DNA of 64,000 nt, taken from NCBI RefSeq assembly GCF_009914755.1, contig NC_060932.1. One strand, written 5' to 3'. This DNA comes from the human T2T-CHM13v2.0 reference genome, Homo sapiens. Below, piece by piece: positions 52,581-64,000 of this stretch. A model generated the notes under the pieces. It was not told the DNA's origin, did not search any database, and saw only the letters and a program-made list of their open reading frames with translations. How positions within the stretch are numbered: position 1 is the stretch's first letter; every line of letters begins with the position of its first letter. The position numbers and the translations under genes are program-made.

Positions 52581-55500
52581 AGGATTTTTTTATTTCTTCA
52601 AATTTACCCAACTTTGTGTATGATTAATATAAATGTCAGTTGTTTTCAGAGTGTATACGTGTGCCTTTACACTTATATATATATAGATATATAATCTATG
52701 AGTGTGTATTTATATATACAATTTCACATCTTTATGAAAGTGAATACTTAAGTTACTGAAATAAATATTTAGATATCCCCTGTACCCACAACAATGTCAT
52801 CTATGGATTATGCTAGAATCTTGGATCCTGAAACACTAACTTGAACATTTATGGATTCAACCTACCTTTATGCTTTATCATGGTAACTTCATGAGCCTAT
52901 TGGCTACCATAGTTAAAGTCCTCATCTCTAAAGGGCTGTTAATAGGATAGAGTCAATTAAATAAATACTGAATGTAAAGAATCCACAATGTGCCTAGGAA
53001 ACCTTAAGCTTTGAATATATGGCATAAACCCTTATTCTTCAGTATATTTCAGCCTAATTCCTGAGTTTCTTCCTTTGCTATGAAATTTTGTATAAATTGG
53101 AAAACCAGCAGTTGGTATTCAGTTTAAATGGAATAATCATCAAAGGCATTTTGTTGAATTAGCTCTTAAAGCACTTAATTCTAATTCATATTATGCCTGA
53201 TGTGTAAAGAGGCAATAAAGACAAAAAATAACTTTACGTCGGTTGTAAACTTTATTCCAAAGATAAATTGCTATCATTATCACTAATGACATCTCTCTAT
53301 ATAAATTTGATTCCTTAAATTTTGAGAATATCAGAATGTCCTTCTGTGTGCATAAATTAGACCACCCCTCAAAATGCAGCTCTAATAGTACTCTTCAAAA
53401 TTGAAAACAATCTTTTAAAATGTATTTTAGAGCAAAGCTAAAAAGCACCCATCCTTCTTAAAAATATCTAAATCCTATCTGACTTTTGAATCATTCTCAA
53501 AATTCACATTAAAAACCTCTTTTCCTTGCAATGAGTTATTCCTGTTACTGTTCCTCTTCAGAGAATCATGATAAAACAAACAAAAACCTTTAAATATTCA
53601 TCTAACCTTTCCAGTGGTTCTTGTGCAGTATAATCAAATACCACTATTTTGTAGTTAGTGTGTCTCTCCCCATCCGTGCTCGGATGGGTGTTCTGAAGTG
53701 GTTTAAGTAACTTCCAAATATACCATGATTCACAGTTGATATTCTTTTGGGGCTTACAAGTAAAGCCAACAAACAGTGCAAATAAAATGTCAAATAGCAG
53801 GATGGGGCCACTGGTCAACACTTGTAACTCCTACAGTATAGGGAGATAAACTTTATGAAAACACAGAAAGTACCTGTAGAATGCTAAAAAAGTCAATGCC
53901 ATGAGCTAAGTCTTGGAGAAGTTGAGCTCAACCAGAAAGTTATTTGGGCTACATTTATCCTGTAACTTCTTTTGTTAATTTCCCAGTGGCATTGCCATGA
54001 AAGAAAAGGCTGTACTCTGCAAGCCATTGGGGGATGCAACTTCTGAGAATGAGCATGGGGGTTCTGGTATTGCAGAAATCAGTGGGAGATGTTAAATTCT
54101 TCTGCAGAAGACTCTATCCTTAAAACTTAAAAATTGTGAAAAATTTCAGGTATATAGTGAAATGCATCCCTAGTTTCTGCAGATACAACAAATAATGGGG
54201 GGTGGCAAAAGAGGGAGGAGGGCTTGGAATAGAGTTGACTCAAGAGTTATTCAGTGACTAGTACAGAATTTGATGAACTCAGAAGGAGACCAAGGCAAGC
54301 TCAGGATAGATGAATTCTATCAGCCACTCCTACTGGAGGGTTTCATCACTGCCAGAGTGAGTTGGGACTAGGATTCTGGCACTAAATCCAGAACCACTCT
54401 GTTAGATTTGTATATGATTTTAAAGCAGTGGAGTTCACATTATGTCTCTATTACAATAGCAAAGTATAAGCTACTAAATTTCATGGTGCCTTAGCATTCT
54501 TTACATTTTGTGTAAAATGGAGATGATGACATTACTTCATCAGAAAAGTTATGTCATCAAGATATTTGATTCCATCAGTTTCTACACATTTCCCTGCAAT
54601 GCTAGAATTCTTACAATCATCCTTAATAATTGCTTGCTCCAGCTATTGCAAATGACAGGGCATAGTATTTTCTCTCTGAGCAGCATCACTGAGGGGTTAG
54701 GAAAAGAAATTATACAGGATATCCTGGCACTTAGTTGAAAGAAAACAAGACAATAATAACACTTCATGGTGTCAGAATTACCTTAGACTTTATATAAAGC
54801 ACATAGAACCCTATTGACACAAAGTAAGCATTTACTAAATGTTAGTGATCATATTTACCCTTTCCTGTTTTTTTAAGTTTTATTTTTAATTAAAACATAA
54901 TTGTGTATATTTGTGGATACAGTGTAATATTTCGATAAATGTATACATTGTGTAATGATCAAATCAGAATATTCAGCAGATTATATTTGTTCCCGTCTAA
55001 TTTTAATTACTATTTAAGAAACAACATAAATTTACTAAATAATATGTTCATTCTTAACAAATGCAAATCGTGCTATCTTTGTGAAGTTCTGATACCAAAG
55101 TCCACTTCAGGTATTATCAGGGGGCATTATTTCAGTTGCTGGCTTCAAGCAGATGATTGTCCTTGACATTATTGTGCTTCCAGCGCTGGCCAGGTGAGCA
55201 GTGTCCCTTACAGATCATAGCAGCGTTAAACACATTCTCTTCCTGGTTGAATTGCACTTTATGTCAGCAAAGCCACTGGGATTGGGATTCGAGTTCATTG
55301 CCTTGCCATGGCGGTTTTGCCATGCACGTTTCTCTTCATGGCCCTCAATTTAACTTTCAATCTCCATATAACGTTTGTGTTGAAAAATTCTTTTTATGAC
55401 TTCTAGAATATTGTAAGATTACGGGCTTTGCATTCTCCGGCAAGCAACATTTCACTCACCCATACTAGGCTTTCATTTCTTCTAGGACTGACTATTTTAA

Positions 55501-57085
55501 TTTGTTTCTGGTGGCATTCCAGATTGTTTGCTAAACTGGCTGCAGATGGTTTTGAATGTGGCTGCTGCCGGCATTGTTACTAAGACGTGGTCTATAGATC
55601 ATATTTCTCCTATCTTACAGTCTTTATGTTGGCTGCCTCTTGGACAGCATAGGGTTTTTAAGAATCCTTTTAATGACCTATAGAGCTATCAATGGCCCTA
55701 ATTCTGTTTACTTTTCTGACTTTTAAACATTTTTAAACTTTAACACAGACTCTTCACTTATCCAATATGATGTTGTCATGTAGAGCATAACTGGTAGAGT
55801 GGATTGGTAACTGAGTTATCATTCAGACTGGTTTCAGCCTGTCCCAGGCTCCAAAAACCAGAATGATTTGAAGGGTGCATAGAGAGGAGAAATTTTGTGG
55901 TGAATAATTTTAGATGTATTTAAGGATTAATAATTTTACTTAATTATCACCTTACCTTCTTGAGATGCCTTTGGTTATTTTTAAAGTGTTTTTTTTCTTA
56001 TCTTCTTTCCAAAAAAGGTAAAAATAAAAAAAGAATGCAATGGCCCCTCAAATGCGTATTTAACTTGTGAGGTTTAGAGCAATCACTGAATAAAAGTGCT
56101 AGAAGGAGATACTGCTGTGTATAATGACCTTAGTTGTTTTGAGAAATTTTTTAAAAAGTAACCTACTTATCTTGAGGACATACAAACTGTAAAGCCACAA
56201 AGTGCAGTGAGTCATTTTTGGTGCACCATATGACTTTGTAGTTGGGATTGTCAATTTTTTTTTCTGGATACGAGAGGAGGAAGAGGATGTAACTAGTCCT
56301 CTGTCCCACCTAAATTATCACAGCTAGGAGGCAGGATTTGTTTGTGATTTCTTGCGTTGTTTCTTTCCTATCTCTTCATAATTTCTCATATAAAATTAGC
56401 TGGAAATTAAATGGAAAAATTTTTTTTACATATATATAGTTGTGTTTTTCTTTCGGAGGGTAGGGTTTGGTAGATAAATAACTATTTTTTTCCAAGTTTG
56501 GGAAGCAGTTGAGAAATCAGATGTAGGAAATAGAGAGCTAGAGGTCAAGTATAAGCTTTATTTAGAAAAATGTGATTGAAGAACATGGCTATAGATCTGC
56601 AATCAAATAAACCTGATAATGCTTTCTCTCTCTCTAAACCTAGACTTTAGAACAGCCCACATGAAGGAGGGTTTTGTCTTCAGAGCAGTCACACCTAGAA
56701 TACTGCTTCACATTGGATCAAAGCCAAGAAGAAAGAAAACAATCCTCTCATCCTCTATGATTTCAGCTTTTTAGAAAATTAGTTTGAAAGAGTTTTTGTA
56801 GGAATGGTGTGTTAGATTATTTGGCTTACTGCCTCTTGCTAAAAATGGTAAGATATAGTGGAATGAGCACATATATATGGGAGACTGCCATAACAAATAT
56901 TAAATATTTTGGAAAAGTTAAAACTTAAAGAAATAAGCAGAATAAACAGACTATGAGAGCACTAAAATTGTTTTTTTGTTAGTTTATTTCATGCTGAGGG
57001 TAAACGTGACAGACTCTTGGACCTCTTGGAACAAGAAAAACAGAAGTTAAAACCCAAGATTTTGTGTTTCATAAAAGATTTTCTT

Positions 57086-57394
<309 letters not shown>

Positions 57395-57859
57395 TTAAAG
57401 ACTTCCTCTCACATTCAAGTAGGACCTAAAATGTCTCACTCTGAGGAGGTGAGGGTAACCTATAACTAAAGCTGTCGTTGTTTATCTCCCCAAACATGAA
57501 AAATATACCTTGGGGGGCAGTGAAGTAGGAAAATAGAAAGAAAAAAGAGAAAATATCTAAAAAAGTGTGACAGGAGACCAATATTCCCCTTTAGTTTTGT
57601 CCCCAGGTTTGAGATGTTTCCCAGCTGGTAGTGCCATCAGATGTCTCTGGTATAGGGCATATTTGTCCTGGGCTTTAGGAAGTTTCTATGCAATAAAAAA
57701 AAAATACAATGCCTACCATTCTGCCAAATGTAAAAAGGCATAAACAAGGCACTATGAGCGAGAAGCAGAAGAGGTAATAGCAGCAGAAACAGATTTCACA
57801 TATTAGAATTATTTAAATATTATAAAACTTCTGTGATTTCTATGTTGAAAGAAAAGAAG

Positions 57860-60800
57860 ATGTCTGCTTCTGATTATGAAAGGTTAACCTCTACAGGACT
57901 TCCCCTACCTTTGTAAATAACTAGAAAACTAGAAAAAAGTACAAAATAACTTTTCTTAGATGTTGAAAAGACATCAGTGCAAGCTGATGTGCTCTGAGTG
58001 AATGGAAACAAAGACAGTAAGCCATGCTATCACAACAGCTGTTTGTCTTGTGGCAGTTTCTGAATTGGTACAGAGTTTGGAAGCCCAAACAGAGCTCAGA
58101 AATTTTACCAACATGAAGAGTCAAATAATTTTCAAGCAAATTCTGCAAGAGAACTTCTGCGTGGAAGAAAGAGCTATGCAAGCAAGAGCTGTGGAAATCT
58201 ACATAATGATTTTCTTGAAGCTTTGTCTTAACATCCACCTTTACAAACATAGGGTAAAACCCAATGACTGCGCAAATAACAATGATCATAAAAAGAACAA
58301 TTACTAGGGAAGAGTAAATTGACCAATATTAAGAGTTCACAAAGGCTGGAAATCATTTGCGTTTCCAGTAGATGGAAGAGACCATGTTGAGTATATTAAG
58401 TGGAGACTGTGAAAGGGTCACATGTTAGTAGCAGGACTAAACTTAGGTTAGAGTAAAAGCCAATCTACTCAGGCCCTACAAAATCCTAAAACAAGGCCTA
58501 TAAAAGATCAAGCTGATTCACAAGTGCTCTAATTGCCTGCCAGAATAGCTCACAACTCTAAAGTAATACAGTAAAATCCAGTTTCAATTATGTAAAATTT
58601 ATGCTGTTTAGAATGTAATAAAAGTTACTAAACATGCAAGGAAGCAGAAAATAATAACTCCTACTAACTAGGAGAAAAAGCAGTTAATAGAAACAGACCC
58701 TGAAATGACAGAAATGATGAAATTAGCAGACAAGGATTTTAAAAGCGTTCTTATAAATATGCTCAATGTGCTCCAGAATTTGAAGGAAAGTAGTAAGAAG
58801 GTACCAAAGCCAAATATATTTATAAGACAATTGGAAATCTAATTCTGAATAGTTGGTGATATAAATAGTTTTATAATTTAATTCATGATAATATTATTGT
58901 AATTATTTTTGAAGAAATTATTTATTTCAGAAAATTACATTAAAATATTTATAGATAAAATGATACATAATAGGAATTGCTTCCACTTTTATGGGTATGG
59001 GAGAAGTTAGATGAGATATAAATGAAGCAAGACTGGCTATGAGGAGCTAATTATTTAAGCTGTGTGAGTTTTGAGTGTATTCAATTACTGTATCTGCTTG
59101 TGGGTAAATAATTAAAGAAAACTCGATGGAAATGTTTTTCAGCAGAAAGGATGAAGAAACTGAGAATGAATAAACTGGTAAATTGGCCATAATTTAAACA
59201 ACACCTGGAGAGACAAGTAGAAGAAAAACAGAGTGAGAAAGGTGAGAGGACACTATAGGACTTTGCAATATTTGATTAGAGCCCCAGTAGGAGGGGCAGA
59301 GATAATATTCAAAAACATAAAGGCCGAGAAACTTCCAGACAAGAAACTTCCAGAAGTGAGAAATTCTTCAATTTACAGAATCAAGTTACCCAGAAGATTC
59401 CAACTATAATAAAATTTAAAAATCCATGCCTAGCCATAATATAACAAAATTATGGCAAACCAAAAAGAGGAAATACCTTTAAAAACTTGAAGAGACCAAA
59501 CCCAAATTCTGCTTGAAGTACTGAAAACTGTAAGTTTTACTCAACTGTAAAAGTGGGAGAAGTTTCTGTAAGTAGAATGATATTGCTAATTTTCCAGGGA
59601 GAAATTGTCCACCTAGAATTTCACACCCATCAAAAATATTTTTCAAAGGTAAGAGTAAAATAAAGATATTTTCAAAGCAATGAATCTGAAAAAAATTATT
59701 AATAGAAGTCTCTCACTGAAGGATATTTTAAAGGTGCTTAAGAAGAATGATAGTGATCCCAGATGGAAGTCGTGAAATGCAAAAGGGAATTAAGGGGGAA
59801 AAAGGGTAATAGTGTGAGCAAATGCAAATAAACATTGATTATATAAGATACTTATAATAATATCTAATAGAGTCAACAATTATTGAATTGAAATATATGA
59901 AAAAATATCAAAAATATCAATCAAGAGGGATAGAGTTAAATATTCTCAGGCCCTTGTGTTATCTGAGAGGACAGTAAATGTTTTGATTAATTTAGTTTTA
60001 TATGAATGTTGTAATTGCTAGGATAACCACTAAAAGAACACAGCCAGATGGAACAGAGGAAAATGCTAAAAATATCAAGCAATACAAAAGTAAGCAATAA
60101 AGAAGAGAAACAATATTGGCCGAGCAGTACCAATGGATGATAGATTTAAACCTGAACATAACAGTATTTATACAAATAATAATAACATAAAGGTTAAATT
60201 AAAATATAAATATTTTCTGAATGAATTTTAAAAATTCCAATCACATTATTTAAAAGAGAAACATCTAAAACCTAAAGATAAGGAAAAGTTGAAAAAGTGG
60301 AAATAGGAAATATATAGTAGGAAATTATTAACCAACTGAAATATTTTGTAGGTATAACAATAGACAAATTAGATTTTAGGCAGAGACATTAAGGGAGGTA
60401 AAAAGGATTACTTCAATAAGGAAAATATACCAATTTAAATCTTAAATTTCACTTAACATTGCTTCGAATATATAAAACAAAAATTGCCCATTCACTGAAC
60501 CATAAAAGCTCAAAAATTTTAAAGAATTGCCACCATACAGGGACTATTATCTGATAAAAGGCAAATAAAAGCTAAAAGTCAATATAAAAAGCAGAACTAG
60601 AAAATTGTTAAGTATTTGGACATTAACTGTTGTGAGTTAAAAAGAAATGAAAATGAAAGTAACATTTTTGACTGAATGATAGCAAAATATTACATATAGA
60701 AAATGCATGATGGAACTGCAGTTGTACTTACAGAGCGGTTTATAGACTTAAATACCTATATTAGAAAATAAGAAAGGTTAAAAATAACAAAATAAACATC

Positions 60801-60960
60801 TATCTTAGCAGTTAGAAAAGGACAACAAAAGAAATCCAAGCAAAGTAGAAGAAAGGATGCAGTATTCATATTTATATCACCAGAGATTAGTGGTATAGAA
60901 ATGTACAATCGTAAAGATTAACAAAACCAAGAGTTGGTTTTTTGTAAAAACTTACACAAA
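57860..60960 (+). mobile_element. Highly decayed ancient L1 block (5' region, ORF1 and start of ORF2 remnants)
   Basis: A-rich strand bias, with gaaattagcagacaaggattttaaa, acctagaatttcacacccatcaaaaatatt, aaagtagaagaaagga and aaaaccaagagttggttttttg. No intact ORF. Confidence 0.65.
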
Positions 60961-60989
60961 TTATGAATATCTGGCTATTCTAAAATACT

Positions 60990-61610
60990 TGTAAGTCAGT
61001 ATTCCATCAGGGGACAGAAGCTATATTGCTAATTTTAAGAGATTATTAGCTAGTAGCAGGGAATAGTTTACCAAGGGAGGTAAACTGTAACCAACCTGGA
61101 AATAGCAGATATAGGGGCAGCTTTGAGCTGAGAGAAAGTACCCAAGGAAGGAAGAATCTTGGAAGAGGGACCCTGGCAAGGATGAGCTTCACATCTCATG
61201 GAGAGGGTGTGGCTGTGGCCCGCTGCCTGTGAAGAGAATTTGCTAAATGCCACAGGCCAGACCTGGGGAACAGGAAATCATCTTCTGGGGGTGACACCAA
61301 AACTCACTAGGAAGCTGCCTGCTGGGTGCATTGAAACACCCTGGAAAACCATTCACTGAGGTGCTGCTGAAATCACTGAAGAGTGTGTCACTGGGAGTTT
61401 CTGATGCTGCTGGCTGCTGTAAACCACAGAAGTGAGAAGAAAACTCACTGGAACCAGAAAGAAAAGCCCCTTCTTACAGCTTTCTTCTAGTGCTCTCTAC
61501 TGACCTAGTTTAACATTGTGCTAGCTGACAAAGGAGAAATATGTACAAGGTCTAGCTCCAGTACTATAGAGGTAGGGTGATGAAGGATAAGAGATCAGTA
61601 ACTGGCAAAC
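60990..61610. mobile_element. Probable old ERVL-class LTR (family not assigned)
   Basis: GC-richer block of about 600 bp interrupting A-rich L1 remnants, with LTR-like gtttaacattgtgctagctgacaaaggagaaat. Confidence 0.35.
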
Positions 61611-62126
61611 ATGAAATATTATGTGATAATATAAGTATGCAAATTGTAGGTGCCAGTAATATCTTTCAAATATAATGTTAACTTAAAGGAGAAAAATCAC
61701 AGAAGAATGATTATACTATGACTCTGTTTTATACCAAGTTGAAAAAAACGGCAGTGAATTTATAAAGTATAGTAAGAACATAATTGCCATAAAGTCACTG
61801 TCATATTCCAGAGAGGGAGGAAAAACGCTGTGAGCAGTTAAAGACACTTGGTGTGTTTCAGGTGGGGCCTGATTGTGCCACCTGAAATTCTCTTTCTTGA
61901 TCTCTATAGTGGGTATAATACATGTACTTTATCACAATGTGTTAAATTATACTTATATGTTAAATAATGTTATTAATATAGGTACACCAGTTTCCTGTGT
62001 TTGTCTGGAATATCTTTTTCTAGTTTTTACTTTCAACCATCTTGAGTATTTAGATGTGTCATATTTCTGTCTAGAGAGCTCAGGGGATTTACCAAAGTGG
62101 TGATTGAAGAAAGAATAGTTTTCACA

Positions 62127-62507
62127 TGATATGGTGGTTTGGCTGTGTCCCCACCCAAATCTCATCTTGAATTGTAGTTTCCATAATCCCCATGTGTGGT
62201 GGAAAGGACCCAGTGCAGGGTAACTGAATCATGAGGGCTGTTTCCCCCATGCTATTCTTGTGATAGTGAGTGAGTTCCCACAAGATCTGATGGTTTTATA
62301 AGGGGCTTCTCTCTTTGCTCGGCACCCATTCTTCTGTTTCCTGCTGCCATGTGAAGAAGGATGTGTTTGCTTTTCCTTCCGCCTTGAATGTAAATTTCCT
62401 GAGGCCTCCTTTGCCCTGCAGAACTGTGAGTCAATTAAACCTCTTTTCTTTATAAACTGTCCAGTCTCAGGCAGTTCTTCATAGCAGCATGATAATGGAC
62501 TAATATA
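62127..62507 (+). mobile_element. THE1 solo LTR (THE1D-like)
   Basis: tgatatggtggtttggctgtgtccccacccaaatctcatcttgaattgtag...ggactaatata. Confidence 0.88.
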
Positions 62508-63364
62508 CCAGAGAAAACACTAATTCCTAATTTTGAAATGTTATATTTTGAACATATGAATCTTTGACTGTTAGTGCTATAGCCTGTGAAGTTTAAATTT
62601 CTTGTTGTATCAATAAATAAAATGGAACTCAGAGAGGTAAATTATTAGATCAAGGTTACATGACTACTAGCTGTGGCTAAAGGCTGGACTTATACAAGGT
62701 CTTCTGGCTTTCAGTTCAGTGCTATTTCCATTACCCTGTGATGTTTTAACTATTGCATACCTTCAAAGAATGCATCACAACATCAAATGGAGTCTAAATG
62801 GGGTAAACATGTTGACCTTATATAGTTCTATATATAATTTATGTCCTAAAGAGGCCCATTTAACATGCTACAGAGAAGCAGGCTACTTTAATCACTTTTG
62901 AAGATTGTAGTCAAGCAACAAGAAACATACATATATTAATTTCATCTAACTAAGCTAACTTAGTGAAGTGAAGGTTGCTTTCTACTCATTTGATCCTTCC
63001 CTCTTTAGTAACTAACGTGATATAGTATCTGTAGGAGTTTCCTTACTTCATATCTATAGAGAAGCATGGATGTAGTGTGTAAGACCTAATGAGTACATTT
63101 CTACAAGGCCTTTCATTTTCTTCAACCTGAGAATTGGTTCCACTCTTTAGATAAGTAGTTTTGTTCAAAATGATACTATATATTCTTTCACCAACCCCCT
63201 GAACCACATTTTACTCAATATAGTTCTGACTTGGCTTAAGATTTTATATCTCCTTAATCTCTATGGAACAGTTTATAGCTGCCTATTCAAATGGGTTCTT
63301 TTGCTTGAGAGTATCAAAAAAATTCACAGCCAATTTGAACTAAATATTAATTATTGTCTCATGA

Positions 63365-63770
63365 AACTTAGAACTCCAGGAAGGAAGCCAACTTCAGGTG
63401 TAGCTCATCCTGGAAATCAGACATTATTATTAGGGTACTCGCTCACTGTTCTACTTGTCCCTATTTGACCTCATTCTGCAGGTGAACTCTCACAATGTGC
63501 CAGTCAAGATGGCTTCTCTCAGCCCAGACACATATTTTTTGGAGTCCCTGTCAGCTCCAGTGAAAAGCTATAGAAAATACTCTAATTGGCTTTAGCAGAA
63601 TCATGTGACCATATTGGAAATGGCCGGCCTTGGGTAATATTCTCTACCTCTTGTGTGTAGACGAAGGTATGGTAGTTTGAATGAAAGCCTGTTGGGATTA
63701 TAAGGACCAGAGACCTTATTCTCCAAAGGAGAAACAGGGTGCTTTAAAAGCAAAGAAGGGGAATCAAGGA
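63365..63770 (-). mobile_element. Old MLT1 (J/K-like) LTR remnant
   Basis: cttcaggtgtagctcatcc...cattctgcagg...caagatggct...ctctaattggc...tcatgtgacca. Confidence 0.45.
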
Positions 63771-64000
63771 ACATATTGCTATGACTAAAATCATAGCTTT
63801 CATAGTCCATCTATAAGGTCAAAATTACTGTTCTGGAAATCATTTGTCTTATTGTAGTGCAGCTCATATATCATATATTCTATACATGCACAAAGAATAA
63901 TGTTAAAAATGTCATTTGGAAGGAAGCATGCTTAGAAAACCTATATATTCTTTGACTTACAAGATGTTTTAGTATTTCATTTAAATATAAAAAATCTTAG

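Noticed and set aside
57921-58307. Opposing ORFs of 122 and 101 aa
   Set aside because: They lie within a decayed L1 5' region, show no recognisable domain and have no convincing exon structure.

Overview
Primate genomic DNA, almost certainly human, AT-rich and repeat-dense. The only protein-coding content is the 3' end of SLC26A7 (SLC26/SulP anion transporter) on the + strand. It has three internal exons encoding the C-terminal part of the STAS domain (10266-10366, 14725-14779, 14864-14967) and two alternative terminal coding exons (15146-15202 ending ...PTMPPL*; 15990-16025 ending ...DHSEV*). A roughly 3 kb 3'UTR ends near an AATAAA at 19050. Bases 1-10265 are intronic and about 19100-64000 is intergenic, filled with Alu, L1, L2, MIR, MaLR/ERVL LTRs (including two LTR-internal-LTR MaLR elements) and DNA-transposon fossils. 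I found no evidence of a new biological system. The best leads are splicing features at the SLC26A7 3' end (a stop-free in-frame 84-nt intron and a cryptic acceptor opening a 92-aa frame), a tandem pair of Alu right arms with identical breakpoints, a 12-bp-deletion AluY without a target-site duplication (TSD), a perfect 14-bp inverted repeat and a pure (CTG)13 tract. Gene identity and repeat subfamily names come from recalled consensus sequences, not a database search, and repeat boundaries are approximate.
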